Part shown: one piece after another, positions 10,333 to 20,072 of the stretch | Position numbering within the stretch: position 1 is the first letter of the stretch | How the letters are laid out: every line of letters begins with the position of its first letter | Source of the DNA: Trueperaceae bacterium | GTDB taxonomy: Bacteria > Deinococcota > Deinococci > Deinococcales > Trueperaceae | Assembly (NCBI GenBank): GCA_965215565.1 | Contig: CBDCDZ010000004.1 | Location: forward strand, 3,072,001 to 3,136,000 | Reading direction: 5' to 3' | DNA length: 64,000 bases | Made by a program: the position numbers and the translations under genes | Notes under the pieces: generated by a model | The model's database searches: none | The model's input: the letters and a program-made list of their open reading frames with translations, nothing else | What the model was told of the DNA's origin: nothing

Positions 10333-11630
10333 AGTGTTTTCTCTCGAGCCTCATCTCCCAGGGACCGAGCACGGCGTCTATCCACCAAGAGGTAGAGCGG
10401 CAGCGAAAGGGCGAGCAGCCCAGCCGCGATCATCCAAGCGGTGCTGATGGAGAAGCCCTCCGAGACATAGCCGAGCGCAATGCTCCCCAAGCCGCCGCCG
10501 ACGTAGTTCGCCAGCGACTGCACCGAGAGCATGGACGAGCGTTTAGCAGCGGGAACCTCACTGTTGAAGAGTGTTGCGTGGGGTGAATTCATGGTGCCCC
10601 TCGAGAAATACACGAGCCAGAAGAACGCTGTCGCGAGACCCGCCGTAGACTGCAACGCGAGCAGGAGGAGCATCCCGCCCTGAATCCCGCCGAAAAGCGC
10701 CGCGACTAGTGCGTAACGTTTTTTGAAGAGCTTACTGAGCGGCGTCGAGAGGAGGTTGCCCACCATGCCGAGACCGAAGCTGCCCGCTAAGAGAAAGCCG
10801 AACAAAACGCTGTTGCCTTCGCTGCCGCCGAGTAAATTGGCGAAATAGGGTTGCCAGAAGGTTTCCACGCCGCTGAGCGCAAAGCCGCCTACGGACGCCG
10901 CGCCTAAAAGCAAGAGAATCGTAGGGTTGCGCCGACTCAAACCGACCGCTTCTCGAATGAGGTTCGGGATGGTGCCGAAGCCGCTCACTTCGGCGTCTCC
11001 CAGCCTCGAGCGGTCCTCTTTCACCAACAGCACTACCGCTAGAAAAGTCACAACGAACATGGCTATGGAGAAGACGATCGTCATAGAGAAGGGCGTGAAA
11101 ATTGCAGTCCCTTCTTCGGGCAGACCGCCGAAAAACGTCGGGATGACGCCGCTCAGGAGCGTGCCAACGCCGAGCGCGAAGAGTTCGAACGTCCCTGCAA
11201 CCGCGAGCGCGGGTTGAAGCTCCGCGTCGGGGTCAACCTCTTGCAAACTGTCGATAAACCACGCCTCCAACGCGCCCGACGACAGCGCCCGCCCCGCCCC
11301 GGAGAGGATGGCGAAGGCGAGCAGCGTGACGAACGAGAAGGCGACGAGGAGGACGGCGAGAGAAGCCAAGATAAAGCCGAGCGCTAGAAGCGTTACCCGC
11401 TTACGCCCGATGGCGTCGGCTAAGCCGCCCGTGGGTAGCTCGAGCAACACAACCGCAAATCCGTAGATACCCAGCACAACGCCGATTTGCGAGAGGTCAA
11501 AACCCCTAGCTTGGATGAGGAGAACTTGCACAGCGGCAGGTAGAACGGTGGCAAACCAGAAGAGGGTGACATAGAGGTAGTAGGTGAGTTTGACGCGGCG
11601 GAGCGACTGTGAAGGTGCGTTTGGAAACAT
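10329..11630 (-). CDS. MFS transporter, paralog B
   Basis: ELPTGGLADAIGRK motif; colinear paralog of 9073-10332. Confidence 0.9.
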   Translation of the reverse strand: MFPNAPSQSLRRVKLTYYLYVTLFWFATVLPAAVQVLLIQARGFDLSQIGVVLGIYGFAVVLLELPTGGLADAIGRKRVTLLALGFILASLAVLLVAFSFVTLLAFAILSGAGRALSSGALEAWFIDSLQEVDPDAELQPALAVAGTFELFALGVGTLLSGVIPTFFGGLPEEGTAIFTPFSMTIVFSIAMFVVTFLAVVLLVKEDRSRLGDAEVSGFGTIPNLIREAVGLSRRNPTILLLLGAASVGGFALSGVETFWQPYFANLLGGSEGNSVLFGFLLAGSFGLGMVGNLLSTPLSKLFKKRYALVAALFGGIQGGMLLLLALQSTAGLATAFFWLVYFSRGTMNSPHATLFNSEVPAAKRSSMLSVQSLANYVGGGLGSIALGYVSEGFSISTAWMIAAGLLALSLPLYLLVDRRRARSLGDEAREKTL

Positions 11631-11660
11631 GCGTCTATGCTGCGTGCTACGCTACGTAAA

Positions 11661-12329
11661 ATGGAAGATGCATATTTACGTAGAGGGTTGCCCGAGACGT
11701 TTTTCACCGTGCAGGATGCTGAGCAGGCTCGCCTGCTAAGCGACGTGAAAACCAGAGCGTACTTCGAACCCTTTCTGGCGCGAGAGATGAGCGTATCAGC
11801 GGCGGCTCGAGAGGTCGGCTGTTCGCTCCACGCGATGCTCTACCGCGTGCGCGTCTTTGTGGGGGCTGGTTTGCTGCGCGTCACGAGAGAAGAGGCGCGG
11901 GCAGGGCGCTCTATCAAGCATTACCGCTCCGCGCACGATGCTTACTACATCCCCCTAGAGATAACGCCTTACGCTGAGCTAGAGGAGCGGCTGAGGGCTC
12001 AATTTATGCCTAGCGCCGAGTTGCTCATCCGAGCCTGGTCACACCTCTTGCGGGAGGTAGGGCAGCGCGGACGGCGGCTCTACCGCGACTCGGCGGGCTT
12101 TATCTGCTCGAATTCCGGTGACGAGAAACAGCACTTCCTCGACTACGCCAACCCTGACTTTCCCGCTGTTTTCGACTTTTTCTTAGAGCTGCATCTACCC
12201 CAAGACGAGGCGAAGCAGTTGCAGCTCGAGCTTTTGGCGCTTTACCAGCGTTATCTGCCGTACCAGGAAAAGAGCGGTAACAAGGCGTACCTCTTCCAAG
12301 CCGCGCTCGTCCCAAAAGCGCCCGACTAG
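11661..12329 (+). CDS. HTH (ArsR-like) transcriptional regulator, paralog B
   Basis: MSVSAAAREVGCS..YRVRVFVGAGLL; same TGCTACGCTACnTnAAATGGAAGA start context as paralog A. Confidence 0.75.
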   Translation: MEDAYLRRGLPETFFTVQDAEQARLLSDVKTRAYFEPFLAREMSVSAAAREVGCSLHAMLYRVRVFVGAGLLRVTREEARAGRSIKHYRSAHDAYYIPLEITPYAELEERLRAQFMPSAELLIRAWSHLLREVGQRGRRLYRDSAGFICSNSGDEKQHFLDYANPDFPAVFDFFLELHLPQDEAKQLQLELLALYQRYLPYQEKSGNKAYLFQAALVPKAPD

Positions 12330-13351
12330 CGCTGAGGTTTGGTGAGAAAGTGCGTCAGCAGCTCAATCGCCGCGTTCACATCCGACTTGGCGACCATCTC
12401 GGTGACGGTGTGCACGTAGCGCGAGGGCGTCGAGACCGTGAGCGTCGCCACGCCCGAACGACTCTTCTGGATCGCGCCCGCGTCGGTGCCGCCTAGCGGA
12501 AGGATTTCGAACTGGTAAGGAACGCTGTTGTGCTCGGCTATCTCCACAAACTCGTCTAAAAGCCAGCGGGTGCTTATGGAGGCGGAGTCCATCACTTTAA
12601 GCGCCGTGCCCGCGCCCAGCTTCGTCACGCGCTGGTCGTCGCTCGTGCCGGGCGTATCCACCGCAAGCGTCGTGTCTAAAGCGACGCCGATGTCCGGCTC
12701 CACGCCGAACGCACCCGTCGTCGCGCCGCGCAAGCCCACCTCTTCTTGGACGCTGAAGACGGCGTAGATGTCGTAAGAAGGGCGCTCCAACCTCTTGAGC
12801 ACTTCGACGAGAATCCAGCAGCTCACCCTGTCGTCGAGCGCTTTGCCCGTAACTACTTCGCCTAGGTCGCGAAATTCCTGGATGAGCGTGACCGGATCGC
12901 CGACGCGCACTCGTTCTTTGACCGCGTCCGCGTCCATCCCCAAGTCAACCGCGAACTCGTTCATCTGCGGAATTTTCTTACGCTCTTCGGCGGTGGAAAT
13001 GTGGATAGGCTTCGTCGCGGGGTTCATGACGCCCACCAAGTCGCCGCTCCGGGTCTGCACCGTGACGGGGCGCGCGAAGAGGTTGCGCGTATCGAAGCCG
13101 CCGACGTTTTGTACGCGCACAAAGCCTTTGTCGTCCACGAATTTGACGTAGAAGCCGATTTCGTCCATGTGAGCCGAAAGCATCACGCGCTTGCCCTCGC
13201 CCTTTTTGTGCGCGATAAGGTTGCCCATTGCGTCCGTTTGGAGAGAGTCCACTACGCCCTCTAATTCGCTCTTGAGCAGCTCGCGGACGCGCTCCTCGCG
13301 TCCCGGCACGCCGCCGACTTCGGAGAGTTTCTTGAGGAGTTCCATGCCCAT
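12326..13351 (-). CDS. M42 family metallopeptidase
   Basis: AHMDEIG, KALDDR, QEEVGLRGA, GGTDAG and RYVHT motifs. Confidence 0.92.
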   Translation of the reverse strand: MGMELLKKLSEVGGVPGREERVRELLKSELEGVVDSLQTDAMGNLIAHKKGEGKRVMLSAHMDEIGFYVKFVDDKGFVRVQNVGGFDTRNLFARPVTVQTRSGDLVGVMNPATKPIHISTAEERKKIPQMNEFAVDLGMDADAVKERVRVGDPVTLIQEFRDLGEVVTGKALDDRVSCWILVEVLKRLERPSYDIYAVFSVQEEVGLRGATTGAFGVEPDIGVALDTTLAVDTPGTSDDQRVTKLGAGTALKVMDSASISTRWLLDEFVEIAEHNSVPYQFEILPLGGTDAGAIQKSRSGVATLTVSTPSRYVHTVTEMVAKSDVNAAIELLTHFLTKPQR

Positions 13352-13424
13352 AATTTAACACCTCTTCAAGACGCTGCTAAGCTGTATCTATGACACTTTC
13401 CGCTCGAGTAGTAACAACCTCGTA

Positions 13425-14453
13425 TTACTCGAGCCTCGCTACCTCTTGCCCTTCTTGCCCCAACTCGGTCTGACTAAGCCAACTCGACACCGCCTCCACA
13501 AACGCCTCTGGACACTCCTCTTGCGGCAGGTGCCCACAGTTTTCTAAAGATACAAACTCGGCGTCCGGCAGCGTCTCGGCGAGTTGCTCGCTCTGCTCGG
13601 GTAGAACGAGCGCGTCCTCTTGTCCGGTCATCACGAGCGTGGGCATCTGAACGCGGCTCAGTTGCGACGTTAGGTCCGCGGTGCGGCTCGCCTTGATAAC
13701 TTCCCACAAGGCCGCGTCCCAGTTGTCAGCGCGGAGCCAGCGCTGATGACCTGCTAAGTCCGCTTCGGTGAGCTTGTTAGGGTCAGCGTAAGAGGTGCGC
13801 AAAAAGTCAAGACCGGGCTCGCCGCTGAATTGCCGCGCAATCAAGGGGCCCAAGCGGTTCACTTGGGGCGTGCTGAGAAGGGGTCTAATCCAGTTGGGTG
13901 CGCCGCCGCCTTCGTAAACGGCGGCGTCTGCTAAGACGAGACCGGAGACGCGCTCAGGATAGGTTGCGGCGACTCTAAGTGCTAAAGTGCCGCCCGCCGA
14001 GTTGCCGACGAGAACCGCCTGGTCGATGCCTAGTTCATTTAACAGCGCCACCACGAGATCAACTTGCGCCGCCGGGCTATACGGATTACCACCTTGCCAC
14101 GCGCCGCGCAAAGGGCGCTCGGTCAAGCCGAAGCCAGGGCGGTCAAAGGCGACGGCGCTGCCCGGCAATTCACCCAGAACCTCGCGCCAACTAAAGGTGC
14201 TGCCGCCGAAACCGTGCAAAAGGATGAGGTGCGGCTCGCCTGCGCCCGCCCGCGCGTAGTGCACGCTGAGGTTGCTTACGCCGGTTGCGTCGACCTCTAC
14301 GAATTGACTGTCCGGCTCGGCGAGGCTAGAGGCGGGCACGGTCTCCAAAGCGGGCACGGGTACGAGAAAGGGACCGACGAGCGCGAGCAGCGCGACCAGA
14401 GCGAGGACGATGAGAGTGGCTTTGAGGCGGATAGGCATCCCTGATTTAATCAT
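13425..14453 (-). CDS. Alpha/beta hydrolase with N-terminal membrane anchor
   Basis: LHGFGG oxyanion motif, GNSAGG nucleophile, CGHLPQEE His. Confidence 0.9.
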   Translation of the reverse strand: MIKSGMPIRLKATLIVLALVALLALVGPFLVPVPALETVPASSLAEPDSQFVEVDATGVSNLSVHYARAGAGEPHLILLHGFGGSTFSWREVLGELPGSAVAFDRPGFGLTERPLRGAWQGGNPYSPAAQVDLVVALLNELGIDQAVLVGNSAGGTLALRVAATYPERVSGLVLADAAVYEGGGAPNWIRPLLSTPQVNRLGPLIARQFSGEPGLDFLRTSYADPNKLTEADLAGHQRWLRADNWDAALWEVIKASRTADLTSQLSRVQMPTLVMTGQEDALVLPEQSEQLAETLPDAEFVSLENCGHLPQEECPEAFVEAVSSWLSQTELGQEGQEVARLE

Positions 14454-14814
14454 CCTAACGACCGCTTAGGCTACGCTTTGGCTGACAGCGGACCCCTGGG
14501 CAGGTCTGCCGCCAGTACACGGCGCACCGGGTGTTGAACGCCCGAGCAGCGTTCAAGCCGCTCGCGAGACGCGCCTAAAGTGTGCAGCAGCGCATCTGGA
14601 TGAAGGTTCGTTAAGGTCGCGATGAATTGACAGTGGTAGGATAGGCGCGTTACCTTTGTGCTGGGTATATAACGCACGCGAGTGAACGCTGAGTCGGAGC
14701 TTTCTCTAGACGTTCAAGCGCGTCGTTGACTCTAAATTCGCCTTATCTCTTGCGTTGAAATGCACTGTAGTCAATGCACTGTAGGTGGTGGCTGGGAAGG
14801 ATACCGACGTGCCG

Positions 14815-16005
14815 ATGATAGCCCGATGTTTGCTATTTTTGTTCGCCCTCTTTGGCACGCCGAGCTACGCGGGCGACCTCGTCGTCATCGGCGGTGAACT
14901 CAGGGTGCTCAACGAGGCGATCTACGGTGCCATCGTCGAGCGTTTAGACAACCGTTCGATATGTGTCTTCGCGACGGCGAGCGCGAACCCGGAATTGGCG
15001 GCGCGGCCCTACACGGGCGCGTTTGCGCGCTACGGCGTGGAGTCTATACTCGTTGATATTTCGGTGGATAATGCGGCGCAGAGCACGTCAGACGGGGCCG
15101 TCTTAGATCAGATCGCCGCTTGCGGCGGCTACTTCTTTACAGGGGGCGATCAAAGGCGCATCACGGATGCGTTCTTGGTGGAAGGAGCGGACACCCCGGC
15201 GCTCACCACCTTGCGTGCTCGCTTTGAGGCGGGCGCGGTCATCGCGGGCACAAGTGCGGGCGCGGCGGTGTTGAGCGAAACGATGATAGGGGGAGGCTCG
15301 AGCGTCGACACGCTGCTCGTCGGTGAAAACGCGGTGAGTTTGGAGCCGGGGCTCGGGTTTGTTGGCGGCGTCATTTTTGACCAACACTTCATCGAGCGCG
15401 GGCGTTTAGGGCGGCTGCTCGGCGCGTTGGTCGAAACGAACTTGCCGCTCGGCGCGGGCATAGGTGAAAACACCGCGCTCGTCTTGCCCGAAGAGGGACC
15501 CTGGCAAGTCTTGGGCGGCGGGCACGTGGCGCTCATCGAAATGCCTGCGAACGCGACGTTGGCGGCGCTCGAGGGCGTCCTTATCAGCCTCCTTGCGGGC
15601 GGCGACAGCTTCGATCTCATGACGGATACCTTCTCGGTGCGGCTCGAGCGCATCAACACGCAAGAAGTAGGCTACTACTACGAAGCCGGCGACATCTTCG
15701 CCGTGGACGCCTTTGGTCCGGGCGTCCTGACCGACCTCTTAACCCGGCTTGTCGACAGCCCCGAAAGCGGCGCGAGCGGGCTCGGCTTCGTCGGCAACTC
15801 GGCGGCGAGTTTCAGCGCCGACGGCGTACGGGTGACGCTCAGAAAAACGCCTCAGAGCATGGGCTACTGGGGGCGTATCAGCGACGCCGACAACTACAGC
15901 GTCATCCGCGTCGGGCTGAGCATCAAGCCCGTGACCGTGAGTGTCGGACCTAAAGATGGCAGCGCCGAAGATGGCGGCGTCGCCGAGGGCGAGCGTTCGC
16001 CCTAA
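14815..16005 (+). CDS. Secreted cyanophycinase-like peptidase (S51 family)
   Basis: Signal peptide; FFTGGDQ, GTSAGAA and DQHF motifs. Confidence 0.8.
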   Translation: MIARCLLFLFALFGTPSYAGDLVVIGGELRVLNEAIYGAIVERLDNRSICVFATASANPELAARPYTGAFARYGVESILVDISVDNAAQSTSDGAVLDQIAACGGYFFTGGDQRRITDAFLVEGADTPALTTLRARFEAGAVIAGTSAGAAVLSETMIGGGSSVDTLLVGENAVSLEPGLGFVGGVIFDQHFIERGRLGRLLGALVETNLPLGAGIGENTALVLPEEGPWQVLGGGHVALIEMPANATLAALEGVLISLLAGGDSFDLMTDTFSVRLERINTQEVGYYYEAGDIFAVDAFGPGVLTDLLTRLVDSPESGASGLGFVGNSAASFSADGVRVTLRKTPQSMGYWGRISDADNYSVIRVGLSIKPVTVSVGPKDGSAEDGGVAEGERSP

Positions 16006-16054
16006 CTGCCGGCCGCTGCTACCGTCCGCAGGCCGCTCATGCTAGGCTCAGGGT

Positions 16055-16936
16055 ATGACGCACTCCCCCTCCAACCTTGTCGCCACCTTTTCCGTCGTCG
16101 GCAGAGACCCCGCTACAGGCGACTTAGGCGTCGCCACCGCCTCTAAATTTCTGGCGGTGGGCGCAGTTGTTCCTTACGCCGAAGCGGGGCGCGGCGCGGT
16201 AGCGACGCAGTCGTACGCCAACACCACCTTTGGGCCGCGCACCATGATGGCGATTCGCGGCGGCATCTCCTTAGACCTCATCCACCAAGCTTTCGCAGAA
16301 TCCGACACGCAGCACGCGCAGCGGCAGTATGGTCTGGTAGATGCAAACGGCAACAGCCTCACCTTTACGGGCGACGAGTGTCACCCCTGGGCGGGCGGCA
16401 AGCACGGTGAGAACTACGCGGTGCAGGGTAACTTGTTGGCGGGTCCCGAAGTGGTGGAGGGACTCGAGCAGACCTTTTTAGAAACAGAGGGCGCACTTCC
16501 CGAACGCCTCTTAGCTGCGCTAGCTGCAGGCGACGCCGCTGGTGGTGATAAACGCGGGAGGCAGTCCGCCGCCCTTTTGGTCGTGCGCGAAGCGGGCGGC
16601 TACGGCGGCTTCAACGACCGCTACATCGATCTGCGCGTGGACGACCATCCGCAGCCCGTCAGCGAGTTGGCGCGCCTTCTAAACTTGCAGCGCCTCTTTT
16701 TCGAGCGTCCGCAAGAGGATGAAATTTTAGAAATCGACACCGAACTAGCGGAACGGTTACAAGAGGTGCTCGTTCAGTCGGGTCACCTCACCGACGTGCG
16801 CGGAAGCTGGGACGACGCCTCGGAAAACGCGCTCCGTGACCTCATCGGCACGGAGAATTTAGAGGAGCGCACCGTAGACGCAGGCTACGTGGACCAAGCC
16901 GTCGTGCGCTACTTAGAAGAGAAATACACGCCTTAG
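16055..16936 (+). CDS. DUF1028 (Ntn-hydrolase-like) protein with C-terminal peptidoglycan-binding-like domain
   Basis: TFSVVGRD...GVATASKFLAVGAVVP, GGDKRGRQSAAL and DLRVDDH motifs. Confidence 0.85.
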   Translation: MTHSPSNLVATFSVVGRDPATGDLGVATASKFLAVGAVVPYAEAGRGAVATQSYANTTFGPRTMMAIRGGISLDLIHQAFAESDTQHAQRQYGLVDANGNSLTFTGDECHPWAGGKHGENYAVQGNLLAGPEVVEGLEQTFLETEGALPERLLAALAAGDAAGGDKRGRQSAALLVVREAGGYGGFNDRYIDLRVDDHPQPVSELARLLNLQRLFFERPQEDEILEIDTELAERLQEVLVQSGHLTDVRGSWDDASENALRDLIGTENLEERTVDAGYVDQAVVRYLEEKYTP

Positions 16937-17036
16937 CTTACTTTCAAGTTCAGGTCTTTTGTGCCACTCTTGACGTAATTCGCGAGCGGCGCTATCTGGC
17001 GTTGCTGAATGGTTCACATGAATTCAAGGAGGTACG

Positions 17037-17378
17037 ATGAGCGACACAACCGTCAAAAAAGTCAACGCAAAAACCTCACCAAAAGGTGATATGGGGCAGA
17101 CCTATCTCGTTTCGGGGACTAGCATGGCGATGCGCATGTGGGACGCCGAGGGGTCAGGCGAGCCCAAACCCGAACAGAAGCGCGACTACGAAACCGTCGG
17201 TTACGTCATTAGCGGCAAAGCGGAGCTTCACCTAGAGGGGCAAAAGGTCTTGCTAGAAGAGGGCGACTCGTGGCTTGTGCCGCAAGGTGCGTCGCATACG
17301 TATAATATTTTAGAGGCGTTTACGGCGGTTGAGGCGACGCATCCGCCAGCGCGGGTGGATGATAGGGACGAGCCGTAA
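17037..17378 (+). CDS. Cupin domain protein
   Basis: YETVGYVISG.AEL...GDSWLVP.GA.H; AGGAGG RBS. Confidence 0.85.
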   Translation: MSDTTVKKVNAKTSPKGDMGQTYLVSGTSMAMRMWDAEGSGEPKPEQKRDYETVGYVISGKAELHLEGQKVLLEEGDSWLVPQGASHTYNILEAFTAVEATHPPARVDDRDEP

Positions 17379-17399
17379 GAGGTTGAATTCGGTTAGATG

Positions 17400-17431
17400 A
17401 AGGAGGCTCGAGATTCTCGAGCCTCCTTTTT
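17400..17431 (+). terminator. Intrinsic (probably bidirectional) terminator
   Basis: AAGGAGGCTCGAGA-T-TCTCGAGCCTCCTTTTT between convergent genes. Confidence 0.8.
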
Positions 17432-17433
17432 GC

Positions 17434-17896
17434 TTACTTCTGTGACAAACTCGGCTGAAAAGAAACGTCTCTCGCTACAACGGTTTCCGGTGTGAAGTGG
17501 ATAAGGAGCGTGTCGAAACTTTCCAAAGCGTATCTAAACCGCTCGTCCCATACCTCTTCGTCCTTTCCTACAATAGCGACGAAGCAGTCTGCGAGCGCGG
17601 TCTATGTCGAAGGGAGCAATTGCCGCACGTCCGCGCATTCCTACATGTTCTACTCGTCCAGTGAGAACGTCGAAATCGACAATACCCACTGCACAGCGCG
17701 GCTCGACTTGGATGCGTTTCGGAAAAGTATCGGTTTGCTTGTCCCCAATGATCCACAGCGCCTCGTCTTCCCACAAAAACCATACAGGGGAATCCCTCGG
17801 TCCATCTTCAACCGCTGTTGCTAAGTGCGCAAAAAGAGGTCTAGTGAGAAACGCACCGAGGTCTACGGTGCGTTTTTTGTCGCGAATGACTTTCAT
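17434..17896 (-). pseudogene. Pyridoxamine 5'-phosphate oxidase-like (FMN split barrel) gene with a single frameshift near 17571
   Basis: AHLAT...PRDSPVWFLWE. Removing one base after RRY continues as GKDEEVWDERF...TPETVVARDVSF...QK* to 17434. Could be a sequencing error. Confidence 0.7.
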
Positions 17897-17900
17897 CTTG

Positions 17901-18086
17901 TCATTCTATGGGGTTTTTAACCCCAATGCTTTCGTAGGACGCGGAAGCTGCCTCCTCGTCTTCAACCAAAACATCGTTGGTGAAATCGTGCGTCTGCCAA
18001 AACTCATCCTCTTCTTCCCAAGTCATCTGGGAGAAATCGGGTAGCTGCTCCGGGCACGTTAGAAGATCACGTTCATTAGTTGCCAA
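17901..18086 (-). CDS. Short acidic protein resembling the N-terminus of CopG/BrnA-like antitoxins (possibly truncated)
   Basis: PDFSQMTWEEEDEFWQTHDFT motif; no DNA-binding C-terminus and no adjacent toxin. Confidence 0.4.
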   Translation of the reverse strand: MATNERDLLTCPEQLPDFSQMTWEEEDEFWQTHDFTNDVLVEDEEAASASYESIGVKNPIE

Positions 18087-18089
18087 GTG

Positions 18090-18905
18090 TTATTTCCCCT
18101 TAAACTCCGCCGCCCGCTTTTCCAAAAAGGCCGTTGTCCCTTCGGTTGCGTCCTCGGTGGAAACCGCCATGCCGAAGAGGTCCGCTTCAATTTCCAAAGC
18201 CTGATTGAGCGTCACGTCTTGGCCTCTCACGATAGCTTCTTTCGCTAAGCCTAAAGAGATGGGCGCGTTTTTAATGGTGAGGGCGGCAAGCTCCAAGGCC
18301 CCCTCGAGCGCGTCCTCCACCACCCGGTTCACGAGCCCGAGCTGCAACGCCTCCTCCGCTTGAACGTGCCGCCCTGTAAAGATAAGGTCCATTGCTCTAC
18401 CTTGTCCGATAAGACGCGGTAAACGCTGCGTACCGCCGTAGCCCGGCAAGATGCCCAAGCCCACTTCGGGCAGCCCTAAGCGAGCCTTCGTACCTGCCAC
18501 GCGCATGTCGCAAGCGAGCGCGAGTTCGAGTCCGCCGCCGAGCGCGAAGCCGTTCACAGCGGCGATGGTCGGGATGGGCAGCGCCGCGAGCGTGTTCATC
18601 ACGTCTTGTCCCGCTAAAGAGGTCTCGCGTCCGCTAAAGGGGTCGGAGAGTTTTTGCAAGCTGGGGATATCCGCGCCCGCAACGAAGGCGCGACCTTTAC
18701 CCGTGATGACTAAAGCGCGAACCTCTAAGTCCGCCTCGGCAAGTTCAAACGCGACGCCGAGTTCGAAAAGCAAATCCGCGTTGAGCGCGTTGAGCGCCTC
18801 TTCGCGCTCGATGGTGACGATTGCGACGTTATCCCTGACCTCATACGAGAGGTTCTTTAAGTCAGAGGTGATTTCGCTGATGTCGATTTGGGGTTGGTCG
18901 GACAT
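18090..18905 (-). CDS. Enoyl-CoA hydratase (crotonase)
   Basis: AFVAGADI, GFALGGGLELALACD and GLPEVGLGILPGYGGTQRL motifs. Confidence 0.92.
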   Translation of the reverse strand: MSDQPQIDISEITSDLKNLSYEVRDNVAIVTIEREEALNALNADLLFELGVAFELAEADLEVRALVITGKGRAFVAGADIPSLQKLSDPFSGRETSLAGQDVMNTLAALPIPTIAAVNGFALGGGLELALACDMRVAGTKARLGLPEVGLGILPGYGGTQRLPRLIGQGRAMDLIFTGRHVQAEEALQLGLVNRVVEDALEGALELAALTIKNAPISLGLAKEAIVRGQDVTLNQALEIEADLFGMAVSTEDATEGTTAFLEKRAAEFKGK

Positions 18906-18954
18906 GGTAGCTCCTTATTGAATATGGGTTAGTCTCGAGGTTAGTAATTAAGAT

Positions 18955-19033
18955 AGCAATGAGCAATGAGCAATGAGTTGAAAGTGAAAGTCAAAAGCCT
19001 TTACTCATTGCTCATTGCTTTCAACTCATTGCT
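18955..19033. repeat. Heptamer (GCAATGA)n inverted-repeat element, family A copy 1
   Basis: AGCAATG x3 ... CATTGCT repeats form a hairpin; near-identical to the reverse complement of 60501-60560. Confidence 0.8.
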
Positions 19034-19057
19034 TCTTTTCTCTTCACTACCTGGCCC

Positions 19058-19903
19058 TCACTGGTCATACTTATAGAATCCCTCCCCCGTCTTCCGCCCC
19101 AACTTCCCCGCCCGCACCATCTGGCGCATGAGGGGGTGGATGCGGAACTTGGGGTCTTGGAACTCGGTGTAGAGCGATTCGGCGGCGGCTAAAGCGACGT
19201 CTAAACCGACGAGGTCAATGAGCGCAAGCGGTCCAATCGGCATGTTCGCGCCGAGTTTCATCGCGGCGTCGATATCTTCGGCGCTCGCAACGCCCTCATT
19301 CAGCGCGTGAACGGCGTCGTTGAGGTAAGGAATCAACAGGCGGTTGACGATAAAGCCGGGTTTGTCCTCGCATAAAATCGGCGTTTTGCCGATGCCCTCC
19401 GTGAAACTCTTGGCGCGTTGCATGGTTTCGTCACTCGTTTGCAGCGCGTTGACGACTTCGACGAGTGGGAGCACGGCGACGGGGTTGAAGAAGTGCATTC
19501 CGCAGAAGCGTTCGGGCTTGTCCACAAACGAGGCAATTTCGGTAATCGAGAGGCTCGAGGTGTTCGTTGCTAAGAGCGCGTCATCGTTCGCAACTTCGCT
19601 CAAGTTCGTCCAGACCTCTTGCTTGACCTTGATGTTCTCAAAAACTGCCTCGACGATGACTTCGGCACTCTTCAGCTTGTCAACCTCGCCGACTAGGGTG
19701 ATGCGCTCTAGTGTATCCGCCTTGTCCTGCTCGGAGAGCTTCTCTTTTTTGACTAAACGCGAGAGGCTCTTGTCAATCGACTTGAGCCCGCGCTCGCGCG
19801 CCGATTCGTTCAAATCTTGCAGCGAAACGTCGTGACCTGCGCCCGCGCACGCTTGCGCGATGCCTGCGCCCATCGTTCCTGCTCCGACTATGGCTACCTT
19901 CAT
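19058..19903 (-). CDS. hbd: 3-hydroxybutyryl-CoA dehydrogenase
   Basis: GAGTMGAGIA, NTSSLS, GMHFFNP and PGFIVNR motifs. Confidence 0.92.
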   Translation of the reverse strand: MKVAIVGAGTMGAGIAQACAGAGHDVSLQDLNESARERGLKSIDKSLSRLVKKEKLSEQDKADTLERITLVGEVDKLKSAEVIVEAVFENIKVKQEVWTNLSEVANDDALLATNTSSLSITEIASFVDKPERFCGMHFFNPVAVLPLVEVVNALQTSDETMQRAKSFTEGIGKTPILCEDKPGFIVNRLLIPYLNDAVHALNEGVASAEDIDAAMKLGANMPIGPLALIDLVGLDVALAAAESLYTEFQDPKFRIHPLMRQMVRAGKLGRKTGEGFYKYDQ

Positions 19904-20072
19904 AAAACTCCTTTATTTGAGTGAATGTATTTGAGCGATTTTCTTGAAATCACCGTGCCGAGATGTTCTGCTAAGTTTTAGGCTGAGAAAACGCTTTCTT
20001 CTCTCCTGAATTCTGTATTCTGCCTTCTGAACTCTCAAAACACCTCACTGCAACTGATCTTAGTCTCGAGGC

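Noticed and set aside
14471..14677. 68-aa minus-strand ORF
   Set aside because: No recognisable motif and no convincing RBS; left unannotated.
18955..19033. CRISPR array
   Set aside because: Short 7-bp tandem units in inverted arrangement, no repeat-spacer periodicity and no cas genes in the window.
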